Shown: positions 39,765 through 51,898 of the stretch, one piece after another
Position numbering within the stretch: the first letter of the stretch is position 1
How the letters are laid out: every line of letters begins with the position of its first letter
Origin: an uncultured Actinomycetota bacterium
Lineage (GTDB): Bacteria; Actinomycetota; Actinomycetes; Actinomycetales; Dermatophilaceae
DNA: 64,000 nt
NCBI GenBank assembly: GCA_963787725.1
Contig: CAWBEH010000008.1
Span: 64,806-128,805, forward strand
Direction of reading: 5' to 3'
Program-made: the position numbers and the translations under genes
Notes under the pieces: generated by a model
Seen by the model: the letters and a program-made list of their open reading frames with translations, nothing else
The model's database searches: none
What the model was told of the DNA's origin: nothing

Positions 39765-41075
39765 CTACCAGTTCGCCTGAGCCGGAGCGGGCGGGAGCGC
39801 GACTCCGGCGGGACGGATCACGTAGACGATCCCTCCGCTGCGGGGCACCCAGACGTTCTCGAACTGCGCACGGTCGTAGACGACGCGCACCTGGGCGTTG
39901 TCGGCGATGAGATGGGAGGCCGGGTCGTTGGCCACCACGTCACCGGCAGCGGTGAACCCGCGTATCACCATGAGATGCCCGTTGGTGCCGTACCCCGCCC
40001 CCTTGAGCTCGCCCTTGGAGAACGACACCGACGCGACGAGCGGGATCCCCGCCGCGATGAACAGCTCCGCCTCGGCGAGGGAACGCAGGCGCGTGACGAA
40101 TCCCTCGAGACCGAATTGCGCCGCATACGCCGTGTTGAACGGCCAGTTCCCGCAGCCGTCGTAGGTGTAGTCGTAGACGTTCCGGGCGGCGTGGTCGACC
40201 ACCGCGTCGAGCGGCGGCGTGACCCACGCGGTCTCGGCGGGGGTGGGGCCGGTGCCCCAGAAGCCGACGACCATGGCTGTCGACGTCGGCGAGCACCACG
40301 CCTCTCCTCCGTTGTCGTAATCCGGGTAGTGGCCCTGGTGCAGCTCCTGCGAGTAGGTCGGCACGGCCAGGTCGACCGCTCCGGCCGACGCCGAACCGAG
40401 AGCGCTGACCGGCACCTTCTTGTCCTTGGGCAGCCCGGAGGCCATTGCCGCCACCAGCCGCACTGAGGGCGTCACCGTGGTCCCGGCCCGACGCAGCAGC
40501 GTGACCTTCAGCTGCCAGGTCTGGAGGGTGTGGTCGTTCAGAGCGGCCAGCGTGTCGGTGTAGACGGTGGCGTAGTCCGTCGCCTGGCCGTTCTGGGATG
40601 TGCGGTTGATGGCCCCGCCGTCGTCGGTGTCGTCGGATGCCCAGCGACCGAGCACGTACCAGCCGGCGGTCCCGTCGTCGGCGACCGCACGGACGCAGAC
40701 CTCGACCCAGGATCCGTCGGGGGTCGTCGCGTTCCACGAGGCGACGAGCTCGGTGAAGGTATGCCCGGGGTTGACCACCGGTGAGGTCCAGGAAGCCGTG
40801 TCGTAGCTCGCGGTGTCGCCGGTCTTGACGTCGGTGTACGACCGGCTCCCGGTGACCGACCCGATGACCAGGGCGCCCCCACTGACCGTGGTGCCGCTCG
40901 CCGTTCCCGCGCGCAGCTCGTCACCGCGCCACGCGCGGAAGGTGACGTTCCGGGCGGCGGGTGCCTTCGCGGCGTACGCGCCGGCGGGTGAGCCGAGGCC
41001 CAGCGCGGCGGCGGCCGCGGCTCCGGTACCGAGGACGGTCCGACGGGTCGGGTGCGGGATGCGGCGGTCGGCCAC
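39765..41075 (-). CDS. Tat-exported peptidase C39-like protein
   Basis: TRRTVLG Tat motif; VPTYSQ, GGEAWCSPTS (Cys), GHLMV (His), NDP (Asp). Confidence 0.85.
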   Translation of the reverse strand: MADRRIPHPTRRTVLGTGAAAAAALGLGSPAGAYAAKAPAARNVTFRAWRGDELRAGTASGTTVSGGALVIGSVTGSRSYTDVKTGDTASYDTASWTSPVVNPGHTFTELVASWNATTPDGSWVEVCVRAVADDGTAGWYVLGRWASDDTDDGGAINRTSQNGQATDYATVYTDTLAALNDHTLQTWQLKVTLLRRAGTTVTPSVRLVAAMASGLPKDKKVPVSALGSASAGAVDLAVPTYSQELHQGHYPDYDNGGEAWCSPTSTAMVVGFWGTGPTPAETAWVTPPLDAVVDHAARNVYDYTYDGCGNWPFNTAYAAQFGLEGFVTRLRSLAEAELFIAAGIPLVASVSFSKGELKGAGYGTNGHLMVIRGFTAAGDVVANDPASHLIADNAQVRVVYDRAQFENVWVPRSGGIVYVIRPAGVALPPAPAQANW

Positions 41076-41168
41076 GGTGTCTCCTTCGACGAGGTGGTTC
41101 GCGGTGATGCCAGCAAACCACGCCGGCGCCACGCGCGACGGCCCCGTCGGGTGGGCGACCCGAGCCGG

Positions 41169-43955
<2,787 letters not shown>

Positions 43956-43976
43956 CCCGCGTCCTCTCTGACCAAC

Positions 43977-43994
43977 TATCTTGATATCAAGATA
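43977..43994. promoter_or_regulatory. 18-bp perfect palindrome TATCTTGATATCAAGATA upstream of acnA
   Basis: Ends about 22 nt before the acnA ATG; strongly AT-rich for this genome. Confidence 0.65.
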
Positions 43995-44405
43995 TCTAAC
44001 CACACTCGGGTATGCCAGTGCAGACCTCGTCTCGGGTCGAGCCTATGCCTGAGCTCGAGGGACGGTCCTGATGGAAGGTCGGACAGCTCGACTGGCGGCA
44101 GGGTGCATACCGGCGCTGCGTGGCTCGATTCCCGGGTTCGTGCCAGTCGGGCTGTCCCCGCTCGGAGCGACTCCAGGCGGAACCCGCCGTGACCGGGTAT
44201 GCCACGTCTCGCGCCAGCGCCATATCGCGCGTGACCTCTCGGCCGGCGCCGGTACGCGGGGGGTCGAGGGCAGACGCACGATGGCGGGTGGATTACACCC
44301 CCTGGGAGGGGGACAACCCACCGCCTTGAGCGATTAGCGACCGACTGAGCCAGGCCCGCCAGGTGGCCGGTCCGTCCCAGCGCCGGGCTGCGGTGACCAG
44401 CAGGG

Positions 44406-45740
44406 TCAGCCCTGCGCCGGGGTGATGTTGTGGTTCCTGCGGAACAGGTTGCCCGGGTCCCAGCGCTGCTTCACGCCGCGCAGGCGCGTGAGCGTCTCGG
44501 GTGGGTACATCCGCTCCACCACGTCGGGACCCTGCTCGCTCGTGAAGTTGCCGCATACGGCGTCGGCATCCTCGCCGACCCCCGCCCACACGTCTCGCAC
44601 CCGCGCCAGGTCGTCGTCGGAGGCGTCGGGTGGGAGCATCGCGATCCAGCTCACCATCGCCTCGGCGTCGCGCCAGGCCAGGGCGGTCGAGTCGTTCGGG
44701 ACGTCGCCGAAAGCGCCACCCAGGAACCGAGTCGCGAAGATCGTCGGCGGATGAGCCACGAGCGCGGCGGCCGCGCGGTCGGCCGTCACTCCGGACAGCT
44801 CACGGAAGACCCCGTTCGACCCCGTCCGACGCGGCGGCGGCCCGGGCGGTCCTTCCGGTGGCTCGCTGAGCGTCGACCCGTAGGGCACCGTCTCGAGGTC
44901 CGCCGCGCCCACCCCGGGTGCCGCGAGGACGGATTCCAGAGCGGTGCGGGCCGCGTCCTCGTCGTCACCCGCCCACGCGACCTGCAGGGTCGGCGCGGGT
45001 GCGGTTCCCGGACCCATCGGCGGCAGGGAGACCAGGGTGACCACGAGCTCACGCGGCGCGGCCCGCATCGCGTCTCGGACTCCGACGATCGTCGCCGGCA
45101 GGTCGTCCCCGTCGATCGGCGCGGTTCCGAACACGACGTGTCCGAGTCTGCTCGCACGGAAGTCGAGTCGCGTCGCGACGCCGAAGTTGCCTCCGCCGCC
45201 GCGTAGGGCGGAGAACAGCTCGGGGTTCTCGTCCTCGGACGCCGAGACCACGCCGCCGTCGGCAGTGACGAGCTGCACGCCGACGAGCTGGTCGGCCGCC
45301 AGACCCACCGAGCGGACGAGCCAGCCGACGCCGGAGCCGAGCGTGCTGCCGCCGACACCCACCGAGCGGGTGTCACCCGAGCTGAGGACGAGGCCGCGGG
45401 GCGCGATCGCCTCGGCCACGTCGCCCCAGACCGCGCCTCCCCCGACTCGCACGACGTCGTCGTCGCCGACCTCGACCCGGGTGAACGCGGCCAAGTCGAC
45501 CAGCAGGCCGCCCGGAAGAGGAGCCCAGCTGCCGTGGCCACCGCTGCGAACGGCGACGTCGACGCCGGCCTCAGTCGCCCATCGGAGCGCGGCGCCGACC
45601 TCCTGGGGGGACGTCGGGCGCACCAGGACGTCCGGGGCGGCCGGCGGCCCCCACTTCCGGGCGGCCTCGGCGTAGCCCCCGTCCGCGGGTGTCAGGACGG
45701 GGGTGGACTGTGTCGACCGAAGGTCGTCGACGATGGTCAT
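44406..45740 (-). CDS. FAD-binding oxidoreductase (BBE domain)
   Basis: VRSGGHG, GGTLGSGVG-like SVGVGGSTLGSGVG, ALRGGGGNFGV, KQRWDPGNLFRRN. Confidence 0.9.
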   Translation of the reverse strand: MTIVDDLRSTQSTPVLTPADGGYAEAARKWGPPAAPDVLVRPTSPQEVGAALRWATEAGVDVAVRSGGHGSWAPLPGGLLVDLAAFTRVEVGDDDVVRVGGGAVWGDVAEAIAPRGLVLSSGDTRSVGVGGSTLGSGVGWLVRSVGLAADQLVGVQLVTADGGVVSASEDENPELFSALRGGGGNFGVATRLDFRASRLGHVVFGTAPIDGDDLPATIVGVRDAMRAAPRELVVTLVSLPPMGPGTAPAPTLQVAWAGDDEDAARTALESVLAAPGVGAADLETVPYGSTLSEPPEGPPGPPPRRTGSNGVFRELSGVTADRAAAALVAHPPTIFATRFLGGAFGDVPNDSTALAWRDAEAMVSWIAMLPPDASDDDLARVRDVWAGVGEDADAVCGNFTSEQGPDVVERMYPPETLTRLRGVKQRWDPGNLFRRNHNITPAQG

Positions 45741-45822
45741 GACGTCTCAGCTCCTCGTGGCGTGAGATCTCTTCTCGGCGGCGACCGGTGGCGCCGCTCC
45801 CGGTAGGTCCATGCAAGCACCG

Positions 45823-47052
45823 TCAGGTGTCAGCCGGCCCGAAGACCGCGATGCACTCCACGTGGTGGGTCATCGGGAAGGCGTCGAACGCCCGCAGGGT
45901 CTCGAGGCGGTATGCGGCGGAGCCCAGGTAACCCGTATCTCTCGCCAGCGCGGCGGGGTCGCACGCGACATAGGCGATCCGACGCGGACCGAGCGCGGCG
46001 ATGTCGCGAATCACGTCGCGGCCGGCGCCGGTCCGCGGTGGGTCGAGGACGACCAGGTCCGCGTGGATCTGCTGCCGTACCAACGGACGGATCACCCGGT
46101 CGACCCGCCCGTGCCGCCACTCGACGTGCGGCCGGGATGCCGTGTTGCGCATCCCGTCGACCACCGCAGCCCGGTGTCCCTCGACGGCGAGGACCGACCC
46201 GGACGGGCCGACCGCGTCGGCGATAGCCGCCGCGAAGAGCCCGGCACCCGCATACAGGTCGAGTACCCGCTCCCCCGGCTCAGGGCGGAGCGACTCCAGG
46301 ACGTGAGCGACGAAGGTCGGGGCGGCTCCGGGATGGACCTGCCAGAACCCGCGGGCGCCGATCCGGAACTCCCCCGACCACTCGGGGGTGTCGACCCGCT
46401 GGACGACGGTCGGCACGCGCCCGTCGGGCAGCGCGACCAGCACCGCGTCGGCCGGCTCGTCGGCGGCGACCGCGTCGACACCGGTGCAGCCGGTCCAGGT
46501 CGTCTCGAGCACGCCGCTGTCGATGACCCGCTGGTCCGCGATGAGGCAGTCCGTCAGCGGGACGATCGCGTGAGACCGGTGTTGCCGCAGACCGGCTCGC
46601 CCCTCGTCGTCCACCGCGAACTCGACCCGCGACCGCCACCGCAGCCCCGAGGCGTCGCCCGGCAGCGCTTCCACGCCTTCGCCGTGGCTCCACACCTCGA
46701 CGTCCACGTCCAGCTTCGCCAGCCGCTGGAACTGCTCGCGGACGACGTCGGTCTTGAGCTGCCGTTGGAATGCCATGTCGACGTGCTGGAAGTCGCAGCC
46801 CCCGCAGCGGCCCGGACCGGCATACGGGCAAGGCGGTTCGACCCGGTGGGGCGATCCATCGACAACCTCGACGGCGTCGCCCCGGAGGAAGCGGCTGTCC
46901 TCCTCGCCTTCGGTGATGACGACGCGGACGCGCTCGCCGGGCAGGGCATGACGGACGAAGACGACGCGACCGTCGAGCCGTGCGACGCAGTGACCGCCGT
47001 GGGCGACCGGGCCGACCTCGACGACCGCCTGGGTGCCGACGAGGCTGGACAC
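45823..47052 (-). CDS. TRAM-domain class I SAM RNA (uracil-5)-methyltransferase (RlmD/RumA family)
   Basis: VAHGGHCVAR...HALPGE, CGGCDFQH, LDLYAGAG, LDPPRTG, YVACDP, FPMTHHVE. Confidence 0.9.
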   Translation of the reverse strand: MSSLVGTQAVVEVGPVAHGGHCVARLDGRVVFVRHALPGERVRVVITEGEEDSRFLRGDAVEVVDGSPHRVEPPCPYAGPGRCGGCDFQHVDMAFQRQLKTDVVREQFQRLAKLDVDVEVWSHGEGVEALPGDASGLRWRSRVEFAVDDEGRAGLRQHRSHAIVPLTDCLIADQRVIDSGVLETTWTGCTGVDAVAADEPADAVLVALPDGRVPTVVQRVDTPEWSGEFRIGARGFWQVHPGAAPTFVAHVLESLRPEPGERVLDLYAGAGLFAAAIADAVGPSGSVLAVEGHRAAVVDGMRNTASRPHVEWRHGRVDRVIRPLVRQQIHADLVVLDPPRTGAGRDVIRDIAALGPRRIAYVACDPAALARDTGYLGSAAYRLETLRAFDAFPMTHHVECIAVFGPADT

Positions 47053-47054
47053 CG

Positions 47055-49073
47055 TCAGCGCGGGCCTCGGCGGACCGAGCCGACGACGGGACCGTCGAAG
47101 TCGTCGTCCTCCGCACCTTCGGACGACCGCAGCTGCCACGGCACGCTCGCCACCATGACGCCCGGGCTGAAGAGCAGACGAGCCTTGAGCCGCAGGGCGC
47201 TCTGGTTGTGGAGGACCTGCTCGTACCAGCGGCCGAGGACGTACTCCGGGATGTAGACGATGACGACGTCGCGGGGGTTGCCGGTGCGCAGGGAGCGCAC
47301 GTACTCGATGACCGGCCGGGTGATCTCGCGGTAGGGCGACGACAGGACCTTCAACGGGACCGGGATCTCGCGGCGCGCCCACTCGTTGCGCAGCGTCTCG
47401 GTGTCCTCGGGATCGACGTCGACCGTGATCGCCTCGAGGAAGGTCGGCCGAGTCGCCCGGGCGTATGCGACGGCCCGCATCGCGGGCTTGTGCAGCTTGG
47501 AGATGAGGACGATCGCGTGCACCCGGCTCGGCAGCATCGGCGTCTCGTCCTCGTCGAGCTTCAGCTCCTCGGCCACCTGACGGTAGTGGCGACGGATCCC
47601 GAGCATGAGGACGAAGAGGACTGCCATGGCGAGGATCGCGTACCGTGCGCCGGCCTGGAACTTCGTGATGAGGACGACGAGCAGGACGATCCCGGACATC
47701 GCCGCGCCGACCGCGTTGATCATGCGTGACCGCATCATCCGCGCTCGGACCTTCGGGTCGGTCTCGACCCTGAGGTGCCGGTTCCAGTGCCGGATCATCC
47801 CGCTCTGGCTCAACGTGAACGAGACGAAGACGCCGACGATGTAGAGCTGGATCAGCGAGGTGACCGTCGCCTGGTACGCGACGATCAGGGCCGCGGCCGC
47901 CGCCGCGAGGATGAGGATGCCGTTGGAGAAGGCCAGCCGGTCGCCGCGGGTGTGCAGCTGACGCGGCAGGTAGCCGTCCTTGGCGAGGATCGACCCGAGC
48001 ACCGGAAACCCGTTGAAGGCGGTGTTGGCCGCGAGGATCAGGATCAGGCCGGTCGTGATCGACACGTAGATGATGCCCGGGGTGAAGCCGCCGAACACGG
48101 CGTGCGCCAGCTGGCCGAGGACGGTGTCCTGCGGGTTCTGCTCGATGTAGGCCTCGCCGACCGCCTGTCCGTTGAGCGCGAGCTGCTCGGCCGGCCGCTC
48201 GGCGATCTTGATGTCCGTGGCCCGCCCCAGCCCGACGATCGTGCCGAGCATGGTGATGGATAGCAGGCCCATCATCAGCAGCGTCGAGGCGGCGTTGCGG
48301 CTCTTGGGCTTCTGGAACGCCGGCACCCCGTTGGAGATCGCCTCGACGCCGGTCAGGGCCGCACAGCCGGAGGAGAAAGCGCGCAGCAGCAGGAAGGCGG
48401 TGGCGATGCCGACCATGGCCTCGTGGTCGGGTTCGGGGATGAGCTCGAACTGGGCGCTCTCGGCCCGGCCCAGACTCCCCGTCACCGACTGGACGACACC
48501 GACGAGACCCATCCCCACGATGCCGAGGATGAACGCATACACCGGGACGGCGAAGGCCTTGCCGGACTCGCGGACCCCGCGCAGGTTCATCGCCGTAAGG
48601 AAGATGACGAGGCCGATGGCGACCTCGACCTCGTGGCCGCGCAATGACGGGATGGCCGTGGCGGCGTTCTGGACACCCGACGAGACCGAGACCGCCACCG
48701 TCAGGACGTAGTCGACGAGCAGGGCGCTGGCGACGGTGAGGCCGGCCTTGGGGCCGAGGTTGACCGTGGCCACCTCGTAGTCGCCGCCGCCGCTCGGGTA
48801 GGCGTGGACGTTCTGCCGGTACGACGCGACGACGACGACCATGACGACGACGACGGCGAGCGCGATCTGCCAGGAGTGGGTGACGACGAAGGCACCGCCG
48901 GCAAGGCCCAGCATGAGGAAGATCTCGTCGGGCGCGTAGGCGACCGAGGAGAGCGCGTCGCTGGCGAAGACCGGGAGGGCCAGCCGCTTGGGGAGGAGCG
49001 TGTCGCCGAGTCGGTCACTCCGCATTGCCCGGCCGAGGACGAGGCGCTTGAGGATGCGACCGGAGTTCGCCAC
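47055..49073 (-). CDS. APC family permease (KimA/YdaO-like)
   Basis: PVFASDALSSVAY, YPSGGGDY, GCAALTGVEAISNG, ANTAFNGFP; cytosolic C-terminal domain. Confidence 0.9.
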   Translation of the reverse strand: MANSGRILKRLVLGRAMRSDRLGDTLLPKRLALPVFASDALSSVAYAPDEIFLMLGLAGGAFVVTHSWQIALAVVVVMVVVVASYRQNVHAYPSGGGDYEVATVNLGPKAGLTVASALLVDYVLTVAVSVSSGVQNAATAIPSLRGHEVEVAIGLVIFLTAMNLRGVRESGKAFAVPVYAFILGIVGMGLVGVVQSVTGSLGRAESAQFELIPEPDHEAMVGIATAFLLLRAFSSGCAALTGVEAISNGVPAFQKPKSRNAASTLLMMGLLSITMLGTIVGLGRATDIKIAERPAEQLALNGQAVGEAYIEQNPQDTVLGQLAHAVFGGFTPGIIYVSITTGLILILAANTAFNGFPVLGSILAKDGYLPRQLHTRGDRLAFSNGILILAAAAAALIVAYQATVTSLIQLYIVGVFVSFTLSQSGMIRHWNRHLRVETDPKVRARMMRSRMINAVGAAMSGIVLLVVLITKFQAGARYAILAMAVLFVLMLGIRRHYRQVAEELKLDEDETPMLPSRVHAIVLISKLHKPAMRAVAYARATRPTFLEAITVDVDPEDTETLRNEWARREIPVPLKVLSSPYREITRPVIEYVRSLRTGNPRDVVIVYIPEYVLGRWYEQVLHNQSALRLKARLLFSPGVMVASVPWQLRSSEGAEDDDFDGPVVGSVRRGPR

Positions 49074-49138
49074 GCGGCAACTGTATGACTCACGGGCACC
49101 CGCGCCCGGAGCGGTCCGCCGTAGTAGCGTCTCGTGGC

Positions 49139-49801
49139 GTGCACTTCGTGATCATGGGCTGCGGCCGCGTCGGGTCCACGCTGGCCAAGAGCCTCAGCAA
49201 GCGGGGTCACGACGTCGCGATCATCGACGCGGAGCCCGCCGCGTTCCGCCGGCTCGGCAGCTCGTTCGAGGGCATGACGGTCACCGGGATCGGGTTCGAC
49301 CGCGACACGTTGAAGGCCGCCAGGATCGACGAGGCGTACGCGTTCGCGGCCGTCTCGAGTGGCGACAACTCCAACATCCTCGCCGCGCGCGTCGCCCGTG
49401 AGACCTTCGGCGTCGAACACGTGGCGGCCCGGATCTACGACCCGGGACGCGCGATGGTCTACCAGCGCCTCGGCATCCCCACGGTGGCGACGGTGCGCTG
49501 GACCTCCGACCAGATGCTGCAGCTGTTGCTGCCGCAGGGCTCTATACCGGCCCTCACCGACCCGAGCGGGCGTGTCGTCGTGGCGCAGGTCCCGCTGGCC
49601 CGCTCCTGGGTGGGGCGTCGCCTCACGGAGGTCGAGTCGGTGACCGGTTCGCGGATCGCCTTCATCACCCGTTTGGGTGACGGGCTGATCCCGGGACCCG
49701 ACACGGTGTTCCAGGACGGTGACCAGGTGCATGTCGTGGCGGCGACCGACGACCTCGGTCGTATCGAGAAGGTCTACGACCAGCCGCCACCGGCCCACTG
49801 A
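49139..49801 (+). CDS. trkA: TrkA-type RCK potassium-uptake regulatory protein (CeoB-like)
   Basis: MHFVIMGCGRVG, GIGFDRDTL, GDNSNIL, ARIYDP. Confidence 0.9.
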   Translation: MHFVIMGCGRVGSTLAKSLSKRGHDVAIIDAEPAAFRRLGSSFEGMTVTGIGFDRDTLKAARIDEAYAFAAVSSGDNSNILAARVARETFGVEHVAARIYDPGRAMVYQRLGIPTVATVRWTSDQMLQLLLPQGSIPALTDPSGRVVVAQVPLARSWVGRRLTEVESVTGSRIAFITRLGDGLIPGPDTVFQDGDQVHVVAATDDLGRIEKVYDQPPPAH

Positions 49802-49821
49802 CGTTCGACGAGGGACTAGGT

Positions 49822-50511
49822 ATGCGAGTCGTCATCACCGGAGCGGGCAGTGTCGGGCGGTCCATCGCTCGAGAGCTGCTCCACAACGGCCACCAGGTAC
49901 TGATCATCGACAAGGACGCCGACGACGTCCAGGCGTCGCGCGTCCCGGACGCGGCCTGGCTCCTCGCCGACGCCTGCGAGATCGCGGTCCTCGAGGAAGC
50001 CAGGGTCCACGAGTGCGATGTCGTCGTGGCGGCGACCGGCGACGACAAGGTGAACCTCGTGGTCTCGCTGCTGTCGAAGACCGAGTTCGGCGTGCCCCGC
50101 ACCGTGGCGCGGGTCAACAACCCCAAGAACGAGTGGATGTTCGACGAGTCGTGGGGCGTCGACGTGGCGGTGTCGACGCCGCGCCTGATGACGGCGCTCG
50201 TCGAGGAGGCCGTCAGCGTCGGCGACCTGGTCCGCATCTTCCAGTTCCAGCAGGCCAAGGCGTCGATGGTCGAGCTGACCATGCCGGGCGAGAGCCCCTA
50301 CATCGGCAAGCGGATCGCCGAGATCGAGTGGCCGGACGACACGGTGCTCGTCGGGATCATCCGCGACGACCGGCCGATCGCGCCGAGCCGCGACGACGCG
50401 GTGGAAGCGCACGACGAGCTGCTGTTCATCACGACGCCGGACAACGAGGACGTCCTCGAGCAGATGCTCTCCCCTGGCCCCCGTCCCCCTCGGGATGACG
50501 ACTACAACTGA
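49822..50511 (+). CDS. trkA: TrkA-type RCK protein (CeoC-like); stop codon formed at the IS junction
   Basis: MRVVITGAGSVG, DACE, TGDDKVNL, ARVNNPKNEW. Confidence 0.9.
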   Translation: MRVVITGAGSVGRSIARELLHNGHQVLIIDKDADDVQASRVPDAAWLLADACEIAVLEEARVHECDVVVAATGDDKVNLVVSLLSKTEFGVPRTVARVNNPKNEWMFDESWGVDVAVSTPRLMTALVEEAVSVGDLVRIFQFQQAKASMVELTMPGESPYIGKRIAEIEWPDDTVLVGIIRDDRPIAPSRDDAVEAHDELLFITTPDNEDVLEQMLSPGPRPPRDDDYN

Positions 50512-50589
50512 TATGTAGCGGCTTGTTGTCAAGTGGGCAGGGTGAGGCGCCGCCGGGGTTGGTTCCTGGCGGCGCCTCGTCGCTTCGTC

Positions 50590-50762
50590 GGGCGGGTTGC
50601 TGGCGAGCGTGTCGTTGGCGACGCGCGGTCAGACTGATATGCGCGGGTTGGTTACCGCAGGACGGTGGTTCGGCAGGAGCGGGACCGCGGCTCTAGGGTC
50701 GAGCGTCGCTGTTCCCGAGAGGGATTGGCTGCTCATAGTTGATTCGCGGGTCGCTCCTCGCG
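50590..50762 (-). ncRNA. putative bridge RNA in the 3' non-coding end of the IS110 element (ends approximate)
   Basis: A clear stem-flanked target-binding internal loop and a less well-defined donor-binding loop carry CAACT (50741-50737), CCTAG (50697-50693), ACCGTC (50666-50661) and CATATCAG (50641-50634), which match the target and donor junctions. Confidence 0.7.
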
Positions 50763-50803
50763 CTGCCGTCAGCGGCCGCGGGGACGAAGCGGGCCGTGGG
50801 TGG

Positions 50804-51898
50804 TCAGTCGTCCATGACGGCCAGGGACCAGCACCAGCCGGCGAGCTCGCGGGCGATGGCAACGTTCGCGATGACGTGCCGTTTGTGCCGCTCGGTAAAG
50901 GTGACCCAGCGATGGTGCAACCGCCGGTTGCCCTCGTCGCCGCGGGCTCGCGCGGCGGCCGGAGCCAGCTCCCAGCGCTGCCGCATCGTGGTGCCGACGA
51001 CGTACCGGGCCCGGTGATGCCACGCGGCCTCGACGAGGAGTCGGCGGGCGTGACCGTTGCCGGTCTTGGTGACCGACCCCTGGACCCGGGATGCGCCGGA
51101 GGAGTACTCGCTGGGCACCAGCCCCACGAACGAGCCGATGGTGTTGCCGGTGAACCGGTGCCAGTCACCGATCTCGACGGCAAGGGCGAACCCGGTCAAG
51201 GTCGAGATCCCGCGCAGGCACCCCAGCCGGTGCACCACCGACGTGAACTCGCTGTCCGCGGCCATCGCCGCGATCGCCGCATCGAGACGGTCCCGGCGCG
51301 CCTTGACCGTCAATACCGCTTCGAAGTCGGACTCGAACGCCAGCCGACTCGCTGCCGACTCCAGCCGCTGCCGACGCAGCCACGCCTCATGCGCACCGGT
51401 CCACGCCCGCCCACCGCAGTACACGATGCCCTGCCGCAGCAACAGCTTGGACAGCCGGTGCCGGGCCCGCATCAGATCCCCGCGACAGTCCTCCCGCGCC
51501 CGCACCAGGTCCCGGGCCGCCTCCTGGTCGATGCTGGGCACCGTCACCGACGTCACCTCGTCCATCACCTCGTCGGGGCGCAGCAGCCGCGCCAGGTGCA
51601 ACGCGTCACGCTGGTCGGTCTTGACCCGGTCGCCGCTGGGCCGCTGCAGCTTGCTCGGCGCCGCGACCTGACACCGCACGCCGGCCGCGGTCAGCGCCCG
51701 GTACAGCCCGAACCCCGTCGGGCCGGCCTCATACGTCGCCGCCGCCGTCCCCGGTAGCGCCCGCACCCACCGCAGGATCTCGCCATGATCCGGGGTCAGC
51801 CGGGCCCTGAACACCTCGCCGGTCACCCCATCGATCGCCGCCGCGACCACCGATCGTGCGTGCACATCCAGTCCCACACTCGTACGCTCAGAGAACAC
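50804..51898 (-). CDS. IS110 DEDD recombinase/transposase
   Basis: GLDVH, YEAGPTG, KTDQRDA (RuvC DEDD); GLVPSEYSSG (catalytic Ser motif); TKTGNGHARRLLVEAAW. Confidence 0.95.
   Translation of the reverse strand: MFSERTSVGLDVHARSVVAAAIDGVTGEVFRARLTPDHGEILRWVRALPGTAAATYEAGPTGFGLYRALTAAGVRCQVAAPSKLQRPSGDRVKTDQRDALHLARLLRPDEVMDEVTSVTVPSIDQEAARDLVRAREDCRGDLMRARHRLSKLLLRQGIVYCGGRAWTGAHEAWLRRQRLESAASRLAFESDFEAVLTVKARRDRLDAAIAAMAADSEFTSVVHRLGCLRGISTLTGFALAVEIGDWHRFTGNTIGSFVGLVPSEYSSGASRVQGSVTKTGNGHARRLLVEAAWHHRARYVVGTTMRQRWELAPAAARARGDEGNRRLHHRWVTFTERHKRHVIANVAIARELAGWCWSLAVMDD

Noticed and set aside
43956-44003. Longer acnA start (MVRYLDIK...)
   Set aside because: Runs through the operator palindrome; AGAGGA RBS supports ATG 43955.
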